45,999 nucleotides of DNA from a virus, in UHGV virus genome UHGV-1315733; one strand, given 5' to 3'. The first letter of the stretch is position 1. Each line of letters begins with the position of its first letter. Below are positions 28,032-36,318 of the stretch, piece after piece. The translations under genes and the position numbers were made by a program. The notes beneath the pieces were generated by a model. The model was given only the letters and a program-made list of their open reading frames with translations, did not search any database and was not told where the DNA came from.

Positions 28032-28220
28032 TCACAACCAAGTCCAAAGAAACGCAAGCGCAATCACAATTGCGTGAAATAATTTCCATGATACCCACGC
28101 AAGTTCACTTTTTTCGTTCCGGCGATTATTAATCAGGTATATCCATATCGCACTATAACCGATAATACCAACCACAATGCTTGCGATTCTTAACCCCAGC
28201 TTAATCTGTTCCATGCACAT
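28032..28220 (-). CDS. Small membrane protein (62 aa)
   Basis: Two hydrophobic helices. Confidence 0.4.
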   Translation of the reverse strand: MCMEQIKLGLRIASIVVGIIGYSAIWIYLINNRRNEKSELAWVSWKLFHAIVIALAFLWTWL

Positions 28221-28692
28221 GCTCCTCTTCTAACAACTCAGGATTGTCAAATATGTTGCCTACAACTTCCATCTCATTTAACTTGATGTACGTGTCCGTA
28301 AGTGGCATCGAATAACAGAACGGCTCGCATTTACTTAATTCATCCGTTGGAATCACTTCATAATGCCATCCAATTACACTGTCTATTACTCCTTCGCTTT
28401 CCACTTCTATGACGTCAAACTCTCCGAATACTGCTTTTACAAGATCATCCGGATTACCATGACACATCAAAATGTCGTTTTCCCATATTTCCTCGCCTTT
28501 TAAATCAGTCAAATTCGCATATCGGCAAATCGTATTTTCATCAATCAGAAATTCACCCTCAAGACTTTTATCGTAAATATAATTCTCGTCACTAAGATAG
28601 CCATGTACCCATGTTCCGTTGAGATGCTCATTACCTGAAGTTGCATGAATATGTTTCGCTCTGAAAAGCATTTCTCTATTCATAACTGTCAA
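28201..28692 (-). CDS. YopX family protein
   Basis: 'MLFRAKHI...GTWVHGY' matches the YopX signature (LFRGK...G.WVYG). Confidence 0.6.
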   Translation of the reverse strand: MTVMNREMLFRAKHIHATSGNEHLNGTWVHGYLSDENYIYDKSLEGEFLIDENTICRYANLTDLKGEEIWENDILMCHGNPDDLVKAVFGEFDVIEVESEGVIDSVIGWHYEVIPTDELSKCEPFCYSMPLTDTYIKLNEMEVVGNIFDNPELLEEEHVHGTD

Positions 28693-29131
28693 CCACTTCC
28701 AGCTTCTTCAAGTCCTCGATTAACCATATCTCTTCATTGCCTTCCCATTTGACCATTGGAAAGTCTACATCAAAACGGCGATTTAAACTAAACCAATTAG
28801 TAAGACCGTCTTTATATGTAAATAAAGTACCATCTTTATCTCTTACGATGTATTTGAATTCTTCTTTAAGATATTCCAAAAAAGCTCTGTCCTTTTTGCT
28901 TATCACTATCACTGGCTTTTCGATGTATTCGGATTCTGCCCATTTTTTTAATGCTCCACAACACGTGTCATCATTATATGTACCACCTTTATACAACGCA
29001 CAGCAATCACATTTGATAATATTGCAATTGATTGGATTCCCGGTAGCTTTAGATACTGCAATATTAGGTTCATTACACGCAAGCTCCGCAAGCTCTCTTG
29101 CATATTTTTCTTTATTTCTCATTTCTTTCAC
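28676..29131 (-). CDS. Hypothetical Cys-rich protein (151 aa)
   Basis: ORF with CNIIKCDCCALYKGG...CCG. Confidence 0.4.
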   Translation of the reverse strand: MKEMRNKEKYARELAELACNEPNIAVSKATGNPINCNIIKCDCCALYKGGTYNDDTCCGALKKWAESEYIEKPVIVISKKDRAFLEYLKEEFKYIVRDKDGTLFTYKDGLTNWFSLNRRFDVDFPMVKWEGNEEIWLIEDLKKLEVVDSYE

Positions 29132-29441
29132 CTCGTTTCACAATGTCGATAGCGTTATCAATGGCGTTTGCGATATTCATATAAGCATAATCATTATCTG
29201 TATCACCAGTGTTTGCTACGGTTAGGTAATAACGCATTTTCAAATTTCTAAGCTCTCTTACAACTTTCTCCACATCAAACGCTGTCGGTTGTTCCTCTAC
29301 TGCTTTCATGCACTCTTGTATTGTCTCGTAGATTTCTTTCTGACACTTACTGTCATTGTATCCGAACGGAGCTTCTTGCAGAGCATAATCATTCAAGTGG
29401 AGTATCAGCTTATCCGCATCAATTAATCTGCTCATAATCAT
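29112..29441 (-). CDS. Hypothetical protein (109 aa)
   Basis: ORF. Confidence 0.4.
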   Translation of the reverse strand: MIMSRLIDADKLILHLNDYALQEAPFGYNDSKCQKEIYETIQECMKAVEEQPTAFDVEKVVRELRNLKMRYYLTVANTGDTDNDYAYMNIANAIDNAIDIVKRGERNEK

Positions 29442-29788
29442 TCTCCTTTGTACGGCTTCGGTAGTGGCATCCAGGCAACAATTGATTTTGTCGTATGTTC
29501 ATAGATTCCTTGAAAGTTTCCATTTTCCCAATATCTCATTTCTGTTACTATTCCGCTGTAAAAACATACAATTACATCCGTGTTATCCTCCGGCAACCTC
29601 TCACTCACTGGAATCCACTTCTGACTTTGCAGCGCAATAGCAATTTTCGCAAGTTCGATAGCGTCAATCCATTCTCCACATTTTTCTTTTTCCTCAAACT
29701 CAGCTAACTTCTCAATAGCTTCTGACAGCTTGTTCTTGTCTTTAATTACTGCTTTTCCACAGTGGTATGTTGTTAATCTCTCTTTCAT
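29438..29788 (-). CDS. DUF551 protein (paralog 1)
   Basis: WIPVSERLPE...AWMPLPKPYKGE C-terminal motif. Confidence 0.55.
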   Translation of the reverse strand: MKERLTTYHCGKAVIKDKNKLSEAIEKLAEFEEKEKCGEWIDAIELAKIAIALQSQKWIPVSERLPEDNTDVIVCFYSGIVTEMRYWENGNFQGIYEHTTKSIVAWMPLPKPYKGE

Positions 29789-30063
29789 TCCCTCACCTCT
29801 TCCAGCAAGCCATTCACAACCAATTCACACTCAATCTCGGTTGCTGTTCGCTTGTCGCTGAATTTACAGTTTGGATTCTTGTGGATCCTTGCATCTTTGA
29901 TCGGCCACTCAGTTTCAGTAAAATGCTTACTGTCCACAAACATCACTCTGTGTCCGTTCTTCACGCAGAGATAGTAACTCTCTGCGCTTTTCGGAAGTCC
30001 TCGGCAAGGCTTGAATCCGAATCTCACAAACTCACTTGCCTTTACTACTGGTTTTAGTCTCAT
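29785..30063 (-). CDS. Hypothetical protein (92 aa)
   Basis: ORF with start/stop overlaps on both sides. Confidence 0.4.
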   Translation of the reverse strand: MRLKPVVKASEFVRFGFKPCRGLPKSAESYYLCVKNGHRVMFVDSKHFTETEWPIKDARIHKNPNCKFSDKRTATEIECELVVNGLLEEVRE

Positions 30064-30338
30064 TTTTTTCTTCCTCTGTGATACTTCACTTTATTGTTTT
30101 TGATTGCATCCCATACAATCTTTTTAAATTCTTCATCTGTAATCGCTATTACTTTCCCATGTTCCAATCTTCTTTCTTCAACAAGATATATAGCGTTGCT
30201 CACCTTGTCCAAATCAAGTATTGCGATATCTTCAGGATGCATAAATAAAATGTGTTTATTTGACAGCTCTATTTTTAGCATGGCTTCTTCAAGCGCTCTT
30301 ATAAAGTCTTTACCATTCATCTTCGCTATCCTTTCCAA
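30060..30338 (-). CDS. Hypothetical protein (92 aa)
   Basis: ORF. Confidence 0.4.
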   Translation of the reverse strand: MERIAKMNGKDFIRALEEAMLKIELSNKHILFMHPEDIAILDLDKVSNAIYLVEERRLEHGKVIAITDEEFKKIVWDAIKNNKVKYHRGRKK

Positions 30339-30686
30339 CTAAACAGTTATAACTGCCGGATTTACAACGCCGTTACCGTCATATCCATAATCTTTGTTGT
30401 GCCATTTTCTTAGACATTCTCCGTATTCCCAGTATTGAGAAAGAATACTGACAGCTGCTCCGTACATAAATCCTGTAATTCCTTCTTTATCCGCTTCATA
30501 GCTCAGCTGCTTTGCATTATCAACAATAACTTTCATTTCGTCTTCTTCTGATGCTTCTATCTTCTCTTCCATCATTCCAGCCCATCTTTCAGCATATGTG
30601 AAACACGCTCTACCGTATGGATCACTGTTTTTTTCATACCAGTCTTTATATTCCTGTTCTTTACCTTTTACAATTTTCATCTTCAT
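30339..30686 (-). CDS. Hypothetical protein (115 aa)
   Basis: ORF. RBS AAGGAG. Confidence 0.4.
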   Translation of the reverse strand: MKMKIVKGKEQEYKDWYEKNSDPYGRACFTYAERWAGMMEEKIEASEEDEMKVIVDNAKQLSYEADKEGITGFMYGAAVSILSQYWEYGECLRKWHNKDYGYDGNGVVNPAVITV

Positions 30687-30825
30687 TCTCCTTTACATAA
30701 TCCGGGCACTCTACCGCATATTCGTAGCTGTCTATATCATCGCACTGAATATTGCATTGGTCTTTTATCTGACATTCCAGACAGCACGCATTCTGTCCAT
30801 ACAAGCAATAATTCTTGCATCCCAT
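30661..30825 (-). CDS. Small Cys-rich ORF (54 aa: MGCKNYCLYGQNACCLECQIKDQCNIQCDD...)
   Basis: ATG directly after the upstream stop. Below the ORF-track cutoff. Nine Cys residues. Confidence 0.25.
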   Translation of the reverse strand: MGCKNYCLYGQNACCLECQIKDQCNIQCDDIDSYEYAVECPDYVKENEDENCKR

Positions 30826-31524
30826 TTACTGTTCCTCTCCATATTTGAATTCGCACTTAATCTGTCTAGCTGAAACAATCATATTCACGAAATCATCTGC
30901 ATGGTTAATTTCAATATTTACCGGAATTCCAAAATCATCAAACATCTTAATTTCATAATGCTCGTCCACTAACTCCAAAACATTGGCGAAATCATTGTCC
31001 TCGTCTGGAAATCCATCGAGAATATCTCTGATTTCATCTTCGATGTTTGACAGTAATGAAATCATCGGAACATTGACTGTTCTCTGCGGAATTACAAGTC
31101 TTCTAGTTGCCTCTCCGCAAGTCAGAAGTAGCTCATATTCGCACTCGTAATATCCTTCTGTCAGATAAGCATTTTCCGGGAATTCGTCCGTCACCGTCGG
31201 TTTGTTTTTACTGCTTTCTTGGATGTCATACGGCACATAGTAGTCAATTACATGCCCTTCTTCGAAAGTTTCCATATCGAAGACCTCATGCTCTTTTTCC
31301 AACAGTGTGACGTTCTCCCGGAATCTGTCAAATTCCGCTGTATTGCCTTTCTTAGCATCAACCTTGAAGAATGATTTGAATTCTCCGGTATCAACATTCT
31401 TTCTGCCGATTATACTCGCATAAATGTCCGGAATTGCTGTTCCTCTGCATTCAAGTTCAAGTTTATTTGGTAACACCAAACCTTTCGCTTCTAAATCTTC
31501 TCTTGCTATTCCTGTTAATTTCAT
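30826..31524 (-). CDS. Hypothetical acidic protein (232 aa from MKLTGIARE)
   Basis: Start trimmed to the ATG that follows RBS AAGGAGAAAGGA. Confidence 0.45.
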   Translation of the reverse strand: MKLTGIAREDLEAKGLVLPNKLELECRGTAIPDIYASIIGRKNVDTGEFKSFFKVDAKKGNTAEFDRFRENVTLLEKEHEVFDMETFEEGHVIDYYVPYDIQESSKNKPTVTDEFPENAYLTEGYYECEYELLLTCGEATRRLVIPQRTVNVPMISLLSNIEDEIRDILDGFPDEDNDFANVLELVDEHYEIKMFDDFGIPVNIEINHADDFVNMIVSARQIKCEFKYGEEQ

Positions 31525-31553
31525 AATTCGTTCCTTTCTCCTTAAAAAAGCGT

Positions 31554-31590
31554 AAAAAATACCAACCACCGAATATTGATGGTTGGTAGG
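31554..31590 (-). terminator. Rho-independent terminator after the cyclase-like gene
   Basis: Minus strand TACCAACCA-tcaatattcgg-TGGTTGGTA then TTTTTT, directly after the stop at 31594. Confidence 0.6.
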
Positions 31591-31593
31591 AAA

Positions 31594-32265
31594 TTATGAA
31601 AAATATTGTTCTGCCTTTTCCATGTGTTCATTTATTTTTTCTAATGGATAATCAATCTCATAATAATGTGCTTTTGAGTATTCAAAGTATTTTTTTATGG
31701 CACTTTTAACCGACTTACCTTTTGACGGTGAAAACCACTTGTACCAACGATGCGCAAATTCTTTACTCGCAATCCGTACTGACTCGTCACAGTAAATTCC
31801 AAACGGAGGTGCCATTTTTTCTCCCTTGCTCGCTTGAATCATTGGTAAACCTAATAAAATATTATCTACATAATCTTGATCCTTTGTAAAAGATGCAGAG
31901 CATGAACGTGGTATATCTTTTCCGTGAATCACTGGTCCGTATGCAATCGCTCCCTTGATTAAAAATTTATGGTAATCTACGTTTTCATTTATAAGTACAT
32001 CACTTAGTGAATAAAACAACTTGTTAATAAACTTCTTCATTGCATCTTCACTTTCAGAAACTATATAAGCTCCATCCATCATAGGATATACTGATATACT
32101 CGCCGTTTTTGCTTCAATAATTGCTGCATGCAATTTACAAATAAAAATCGAGCTGGTTCTCACCGAACTTCCCATGCAACTTTTTGTTCCCATGATATCT
32201 ACCCATAGTACATATTCATTTTTCATATCCGGGAAATCTGCATCATTAAAATATATGTTTGCCAT
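31594..32265 (-). CDS. Class III nucleotidyl-cyclase-like (CHD-fold) protein, 223 aa
   Basis: Motifs line up with the cyclase palm: 'VLWVDIMGTKS' (F.DI.GFT), 'MMDGAYIVS' (GDAYM) and 'FLIKGAIAYGPVIHG' (R.GihtGpvv.G). Own promoter and terminator. Confidence 0.35.
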   Translation of the reverse strand: MANIYFNDADFPDMKNEYVLWVDIMGTKSCMGSSVRTSSIFICKLHAAIIEAKTASISVYPMMDGAYIVSESEDAMKKFINKLFYSLSDVLINENVDYHKFLIKGAIAYGPVIHGKDIPRSCSASFTKDQDYVDNILLGLPMIQASKGEKMAPPFGIYCDESVRIASKEFAHRWYKWFSPSKGKSVKSAIKKYFEYSKAHYYEIDYPLEKINEHMEKAEQYFS

Positions 32266-32298
32266 TGGCATTTCCTCCCTGTATATTTCTATACAGAA

Positions 32299-32307
32299 AT
32301 TATACCA
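32299..32307 (-). promoter_or_regulatory. Extended -10 element (TGgTATAAT) upstream of the cyclase-like gene
   Basis: Minus strand tggTATAAT about 30 nt before the RBS GGGAGG. A TTGACA lies 24 nt upstream, which is too far for a proper -35. Confidence 0.3.
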
Positions 32308-32357
32308 TCCCAACCATCAATATTCAATTGTCAAGGTGCTTTCATGATTTTTCTCCA

Positions 32358-32498
32358 CGTTTACAAATATCTAAAGCACAATGCATACATCTTTTGCTCC
32401 CAGTCGCACCGAGATAAAAGCTCGTCAAAATCCTTTTCCGGCATGAACTTTATCCCGTAATGCAATCTGGATATGAATTTATATAATTCTTCAAACAT
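32358..32498 (-). CDS. Small ORF (46 aa, MFEELYKFISRLHYG...)
   Basis: The ATG follows RBS GGAG at 5 nt. Below cutoff. Confidence 0.25.
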
Positions 32499-32500
32499 TG

Positions 32501-32893
32501 CTACTCCTTGTATTTCTTCAAAATCTCTGTAATTGCTTTCATGTGTCTAGCTACTTCCGGAAGATCTTCATCACTGATTTTCCCAATGCGATCTTTTCTT
32601 TTCGATTCAGTTAACTCAAATATTCCGTCCTGAATATCTCTAAATGTCTTAGCAAGAAAAGTTTCTCTCGCAGCTTCACTATCACACTCATAAAATACTT
32701 CTCTTTTGTCATGTTCTCCAAACTTATCCGTAAAGAATTTGGTTCGCTTTGGAGTGATTCTTGTAATTTGTGCCGGAAAAATCAGTTTATGCCGGAATGA
32801 TAAACCCCATCCGTAGCTTACTTCTCTTGCAATCCCGACCCAATTTCCAACTTTCAATGTGTCTTTGTCTATCTCTTTTAATTCAATTCTCAT
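32501..32893 (-). CDS. Hypothetical protein (130 aa)
   Basis: ORF. Confidence 0.4.
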   Translation of the reverse strand: MRIELKEIDKDTLKVGNWVGIAREVSYGWGLSFRHKLIFPAQITRITPKRTKFFTDKFGEHDKREVFYECDSEAARETFLAKTFRDIQDGIFELTESKRKDRIGKISDEDLPEVARHMKAITEILKKYKE

Positions 32894-32934
32894 TTTTTCT
32901 CACCTATGCAAATCTCAATTGTTCCTGTGTATCG

Positions 32935-34104
32935 TTAATTCATTTCGCTTTCAAGAAAGTCTTCAATGCTCATCTGTCCTTTAATGTGTCCTACACCAGA
33001 CTTTTCCTCTTCCATCCTTTGCTTCTTATACTCGTTGTATTTCTTTCTGTACTCATAGCTTTTACCGAAAATGTTCCATGCTGCTTTAACGACATTCGGC
33101 TCATAAGGTCTTATTTTCTCCAAATCATCTACAGCTTTGTATGATATAGGGCAACCACAACATCCTGTTCTTGTCAGTCCGTATACCTCATAAGCATCGG
33201 AATACTTGATTCCGTAGTAGTTTTTGTACCATTCCTTATCCTTGTCTGATACATAGTAGAGCGGTCTTAAACGATACTGTCCGCTTGCAGTCTCGGTGAA
33301 GCACAATGCTGTGTTATCTTTTCTAGGAACTGATCTCATTCCACCCTCATCTCTTCGCTCTCCAGTTATTACCATGTCGTATGATTTCTGAACTTTATGG
33401 GCAATCTGCTTTTTGCAGTAGTCACAACATTTCGCACTTATCATAAAATCCGGTGGGCATTCCTCAATGAAATCACGCATGTATTTTGATGAATTAATTA
33501 CCAGCTGAATGTTCGGTCTTGGTTCTCCTTTAGAATTACAGCAACAAAGAAAGTTGATTAAGCTCTCACACTTCGGATATCTTTCTTTCAGCTCTTTTCT
33601 CTTTGCTTCTTTATCCTCTGCCTGGTCATACTCTTGAGCAATAGACAGCGGAACTCCTTTTTTCTGCCAATCAGATAATCCTCCAGACATAATCTTTGAT
33701 ACGAACGGAATTCCATATTTTCTTGTGGATTGCACGATGTTGATTTTCGGTCTTACTTCTTCAATCTCGACACCATATTTCTCAGCAACATATTTCACAT
33801 GGTCTTTCGTTGCTTTCATCTCCAATCCAGTGTTGAAAAACACATATTTGATTGGTGGAAGTTCAAATATCCGTCTCGTCCTTTCAATCAGGTCAATCAT
33901 AATGTCACTATCAGCACCGCCAGAGTAGGAACAAATAGCATTAGGATGTTCCCTCAATCTTTTTGCGATAATACTCTTAATTGCTTCAAATTTCGCCGGA
34001 GAATCAAAGTCTGCATAATCCGGTCTATCTGTGTATACTTTACTTACTCCTGTTTTCATCTTCTCGAAAGGAGCCGATATATCTTTGCCCGGCCGGAGCT
34101 CCAA
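32935..34104 (-). CDS. PAPS-reductase/DndC-like PP-loop ATP pyrophosphatase family protein with a Cys-rich C-terminal region
   Basis: PP-loop 'SYSGGADSD'. 389 aa. Cys clusters (CCCNSKG, CCDYCKK, CCGCP). Confidence 0.6.
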   Translation of the reverse strand: MELRPGKDISAPFEKMKTGVSKVYTDRPDYADFDSPAKFEAIKSIIAKRLREHPNAICSYSGGADSDIMIDLIERTRRIFELPPIKYVFFNTGLEMKATKDHVKYVAEKYGVEIEEVRPKINIVQSTRKYGIPFVSKIMSGGLSDWQKKGVPLSIAQEYDQAEDKEAKRKELKERYPKCESLINFLCCCNSKGEPRPNIQLVINSSKYMRDFIEECPPDFMISAKCCDYCKKQIAHKVQKSYDMVITGERRDEGGMRSVPRKDNTALCFTETASGQYRLRPLYYVSDKDKEWYKNYYGIKYSDAYEVYGLTRTGCCGCPISYKAVDDLEKIRPYEPNVVKAAWNIFGKSYEYRKKYNEYKKQRMEEEKSGVGHIKGQMSIEDFLESEMN

Positions 34105-34124
34105 CTCCTTTCTGTAATTTAATG

Positions 34125-34283
34125 TTATTTATAGCAAAGCGTATCAACCAACTCTGCTACAAGATCTACACACTGTTCACTTATGCTATCTCGCTGCGTC
34201 ACATCTTCTGCACAATTAATATCGTTTGCATCGATAAATTCATGCAGTTTGCAAAGTATCTGTTCTTCTCTTACCGTCATCAT
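34125..34283 (-). CDS. Small protein (52 aa from MMTVREEQ)
   Basis: ATGA start/stop overlap with the upstream gene. RBS GAGGTG. Confidence 0.35.
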   Translation of the reverse strand: MMTVREEQILCKLHEFIDANDINCAEDVTQRDSISEQCVDLVAELVDTLCYK

Positions 34284-34684
34284 CACTTCACCTCGTTTAC
34301 CAACTGTTTGACTCTCGGTTCGTAAGGTTTTGGAAGCTTCATCCATGCTGTTACTTTTCCGTCAATTTCGAAATATCTGGCATCACGACAGTTATCGCGC
34401 ACTTCATACCATCCTTCTGGAATCCAAAAATCATCTTCCTCTTCGATGTATTCCCAATTATCCGGTATTCCGTCTTCCGTGCACCATCCAGAGTCTTCGG
34501 AAGTTACATGGTGGTATGGTATATATATTGCTTTCAAGACTGTACTGCATCGTCCTTTTTTCACAGTCGCAAGCACTTCGTCAGAGTACTGTCTTTCCTT
34601 GCATTTAGGCACTGTATTTTTATTCCATTGTCCCATAACTCTATTACACCTCATTCGCAAGCTGGAACCCCATTCTTGCCACAT
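34283..34684 (-). CDS. DUF551 protein (paralog 2)
   Basis: ...VTAWMKLPKPYEPR C-terminal motif. Confidence 0.5.
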   Translation of the reverse strand: MWQEWGSSLRMRCNRVMGQWNKNTVPKCKERQYSDEVLATVKKGRCSTVLKAIYIPYHHVTSEDSGWCTEDGIPDNWEYIEEEDDFWIPEGWYEVRDNCRDARYFEIDGKVTAWMKLPKPYEPRVKQLVNEVK

Positions 34685-34877
34685 TCTTCAAGTTTTCCCT
34701 AATCAATGCTTTGTTTGGACTTCTGTGTGTATCAAGGAACTTCCACAACTCTTGTCTTTCAGTCGGTTCATTTGCAACGTAATCAGCCATGTACTCATAC
34801 TCAGCTTTTGCGACTTTCAAACACTGAATCATGTAATCTATCTTTTCTCCTATGTTCATCATTGCTTCACCATCCAT
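34644..34877 (-). CDS. Hypothetical protein (77 aa)
   Basis: ORF. Confidence 0.35.
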   Translation of the reverse strand: MDGEAMMNIGEKIDYMIQCLKVAKAEYEYMADYVANEPTERQELWKFLDTHRSPNKALIRENLKNVARMGFQLANEV

Positions 34878-35422
34878 CTATTCTCACATACCGCAAAGTA
34901 ATCACCCACATGCTCCGAGCAGTACTTTGCAAGTATCTCTTTTATTTCATCGTTCAGGTTGATTCCATCCTGAAGTGCTTCTGAGCGAACGGTTGAGCCA
35001 TCGCCGCCATCAATAATTCGGCAATATAACTTGCTTTCCACTTCAACCTCTTTCTTCTCATGCTCTTTCTTCCGCTGTTTGAGGATTTCAAGTACTTCGT
35101 CAGGATGTTCCGCCCTGAAAGTTCTGCACTCATAAGCACCTCTTTCTTTACCGATTGGACATTTTCTACAAGGCACACTACACATCTCAGCTTGAATTCT
35201 AATTGCTTCTTCTGCTGTCAGTTCGTCCTCAACTAATCCTTCAAGCATTCCGTCTGTCCACATATAGTCATCTTCTACAACTTTGTAGTAACCATCATGC
35301 ACAGATGTAATCGTTACAATCTTTTTATTTGTCATTTCATCAATTGGGTATAAACCGCCATACATCACCGATATTTTTAATCTACTTCTAACCTTTACCT
35401 TGTCTCCGACTTTATATTTCAT
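34859..35422 (-). CDS. Hypothetical protein (187 aa from MKYKVGDK)
   Basis: Trimmed start has RBS AGAGAGG. The 21-codon upstream extension has no RBS. Confidence 0.4.
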   Translation of the reverse strand: MKYKVGDKVKVRSRLKISVMYGGLYPIDEMTNKKIVTITSVHDGYYKVVEDDYMWTDGMLEGLVEDELTAEEAIRIQAEMCSVPCRKCPIGKERGAYECRTFRAEHPDEVLEILKQRKKEHEKKEVEVESKLYCRIIDGGDGSTVRSEALQDGINLNDEIKEILAKYCSEHVGDYFAVCENRWMVKQ

Positions 35423-35540
35423 TTCGTGCCTCTCTTTCTCAGTTTTTCTGACAGATTCTTTCTCTTCTGTTTCTTCTCTTTCCATCGTCTCAGGTACTCA
35501 ATCTGCGCCTGATCCTCTTTCTCTTGTCTGTTCATGGTCT

Positions 35541-36008
35541 TTATCCCTTGTACAGATTCGGAATCGGCATCCATGCTGTAACTCTGTACAGTGAGCATCC
35601 ACCGTGTCCATTTGAATATCTATCCCACTCAAGGTATCCATACTGTCTGTCAAGCCAGTGCTTTTCCTCATCCTCATCAAATACCTTGATATAACATCCA
35701 ACGCTGTATTCTCTGTATCCGTTACCGCTCTTGGATGCGATTGTTGTAAGGACATCACTTTCATCTTCCGGGAGTCTTTCCGTTACTGGAATCCATCTAC
35801 AATCCTCATCGGCATCATCAATCTTACACATCTTCTCGACATACTTTCTGACATTCTCGGTTGCCAGTAGGATTCCTTCATCCTTGCGATCAGGGTTCAG
35901 CTCATCCGCTCTTTCTCCCTTTAGTTCTTCCTCGGCTTCATTCAGCCACGAAAGAAATTCTTCTACATCAAGTGTCTTACCCATTGTTTCTCCTTCCACC
36001 GGTTGCAA
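35541..36008 (-). CDS. DUF551 protein (paralog 3)
   Basis: RWIPVTERLPE...VTAWMPIPNLYKG. Confidence 0.55.
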   Translation of the reverse strand: MQPVEGETMGKTLDVEEFLSWLNEAEEELKGERADELNPDRKDEGILLATENVRKYVEKMCKIDDADEDCRWIPVTERLPEDESDVLTTIASKSGNGYREYSVGCYIKVFDEDEEKHWLDRQYGYLEWDRYSNGHGGCSLYRVTAWMPIPNLYKG

Positions 36009-36312
36009 CGTACTCTCCGTAGCTCATACCATGCTGCTTTGCTTCAGCTGCGACTCTTACTAATTCGCTTCGATACTTCGGTTCTTTTGCGCCTTTTACT
36101 TTCTTCGGTTTGGCTTGCTTTCGTTTCATTGCCAGTTCCTTTTTCTGTTCAGGACTCAAGGCTCTGTATCTTGCCTTTCCTCTCTCGCAGCACTGTCTCC
36201 GGCTTCTTTCTTCTCCGCAAGCCTTGCTACAACACTTCTTCCGGTTGCCGACTATCTCAAATTCTTTTCCGCAGACTGAACATACCGCCCAGCCACTTTT
36301 TATCTCTGCCAT
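35977..36312 (-). CDS. Zinc-ribbon protein (111 aa), basic
   Basis: CSVCGKEF...CCSKACGEE... Lys/Arg-rich. Confidence 0.4.
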   Translation of the reverse strand: MAEIKSGWAVCSVCGKEFEIVGNRKKCCSKACGEERSRRQCCERGKARYRALSPEQKKELAMKRKQAKPKKVKGAKEPKYRSELVRVAAEAKQHGMSYGEYVATGGRRNNG

Positions 36313-36318
36313 TCTTAA

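Noticed and set aside
31594-32265. Diadenylate cyclase (DAC) or GGDEF assignment for the cyclase-like protein
   Set aside because: A 'DGA' triplet is present, but there is no RHR motif and no GG(D/E)EF. The motif order fits the class III CHD palm better.
35498-35764. ORF 35498..35764 (88 aa) and ORF 34954..35178 (74 aa)
   Set aside because: Out-of-frame overlaps with the better-supported DUF551 gene (35541..36008) and the 187-aa gene (34859..35422).
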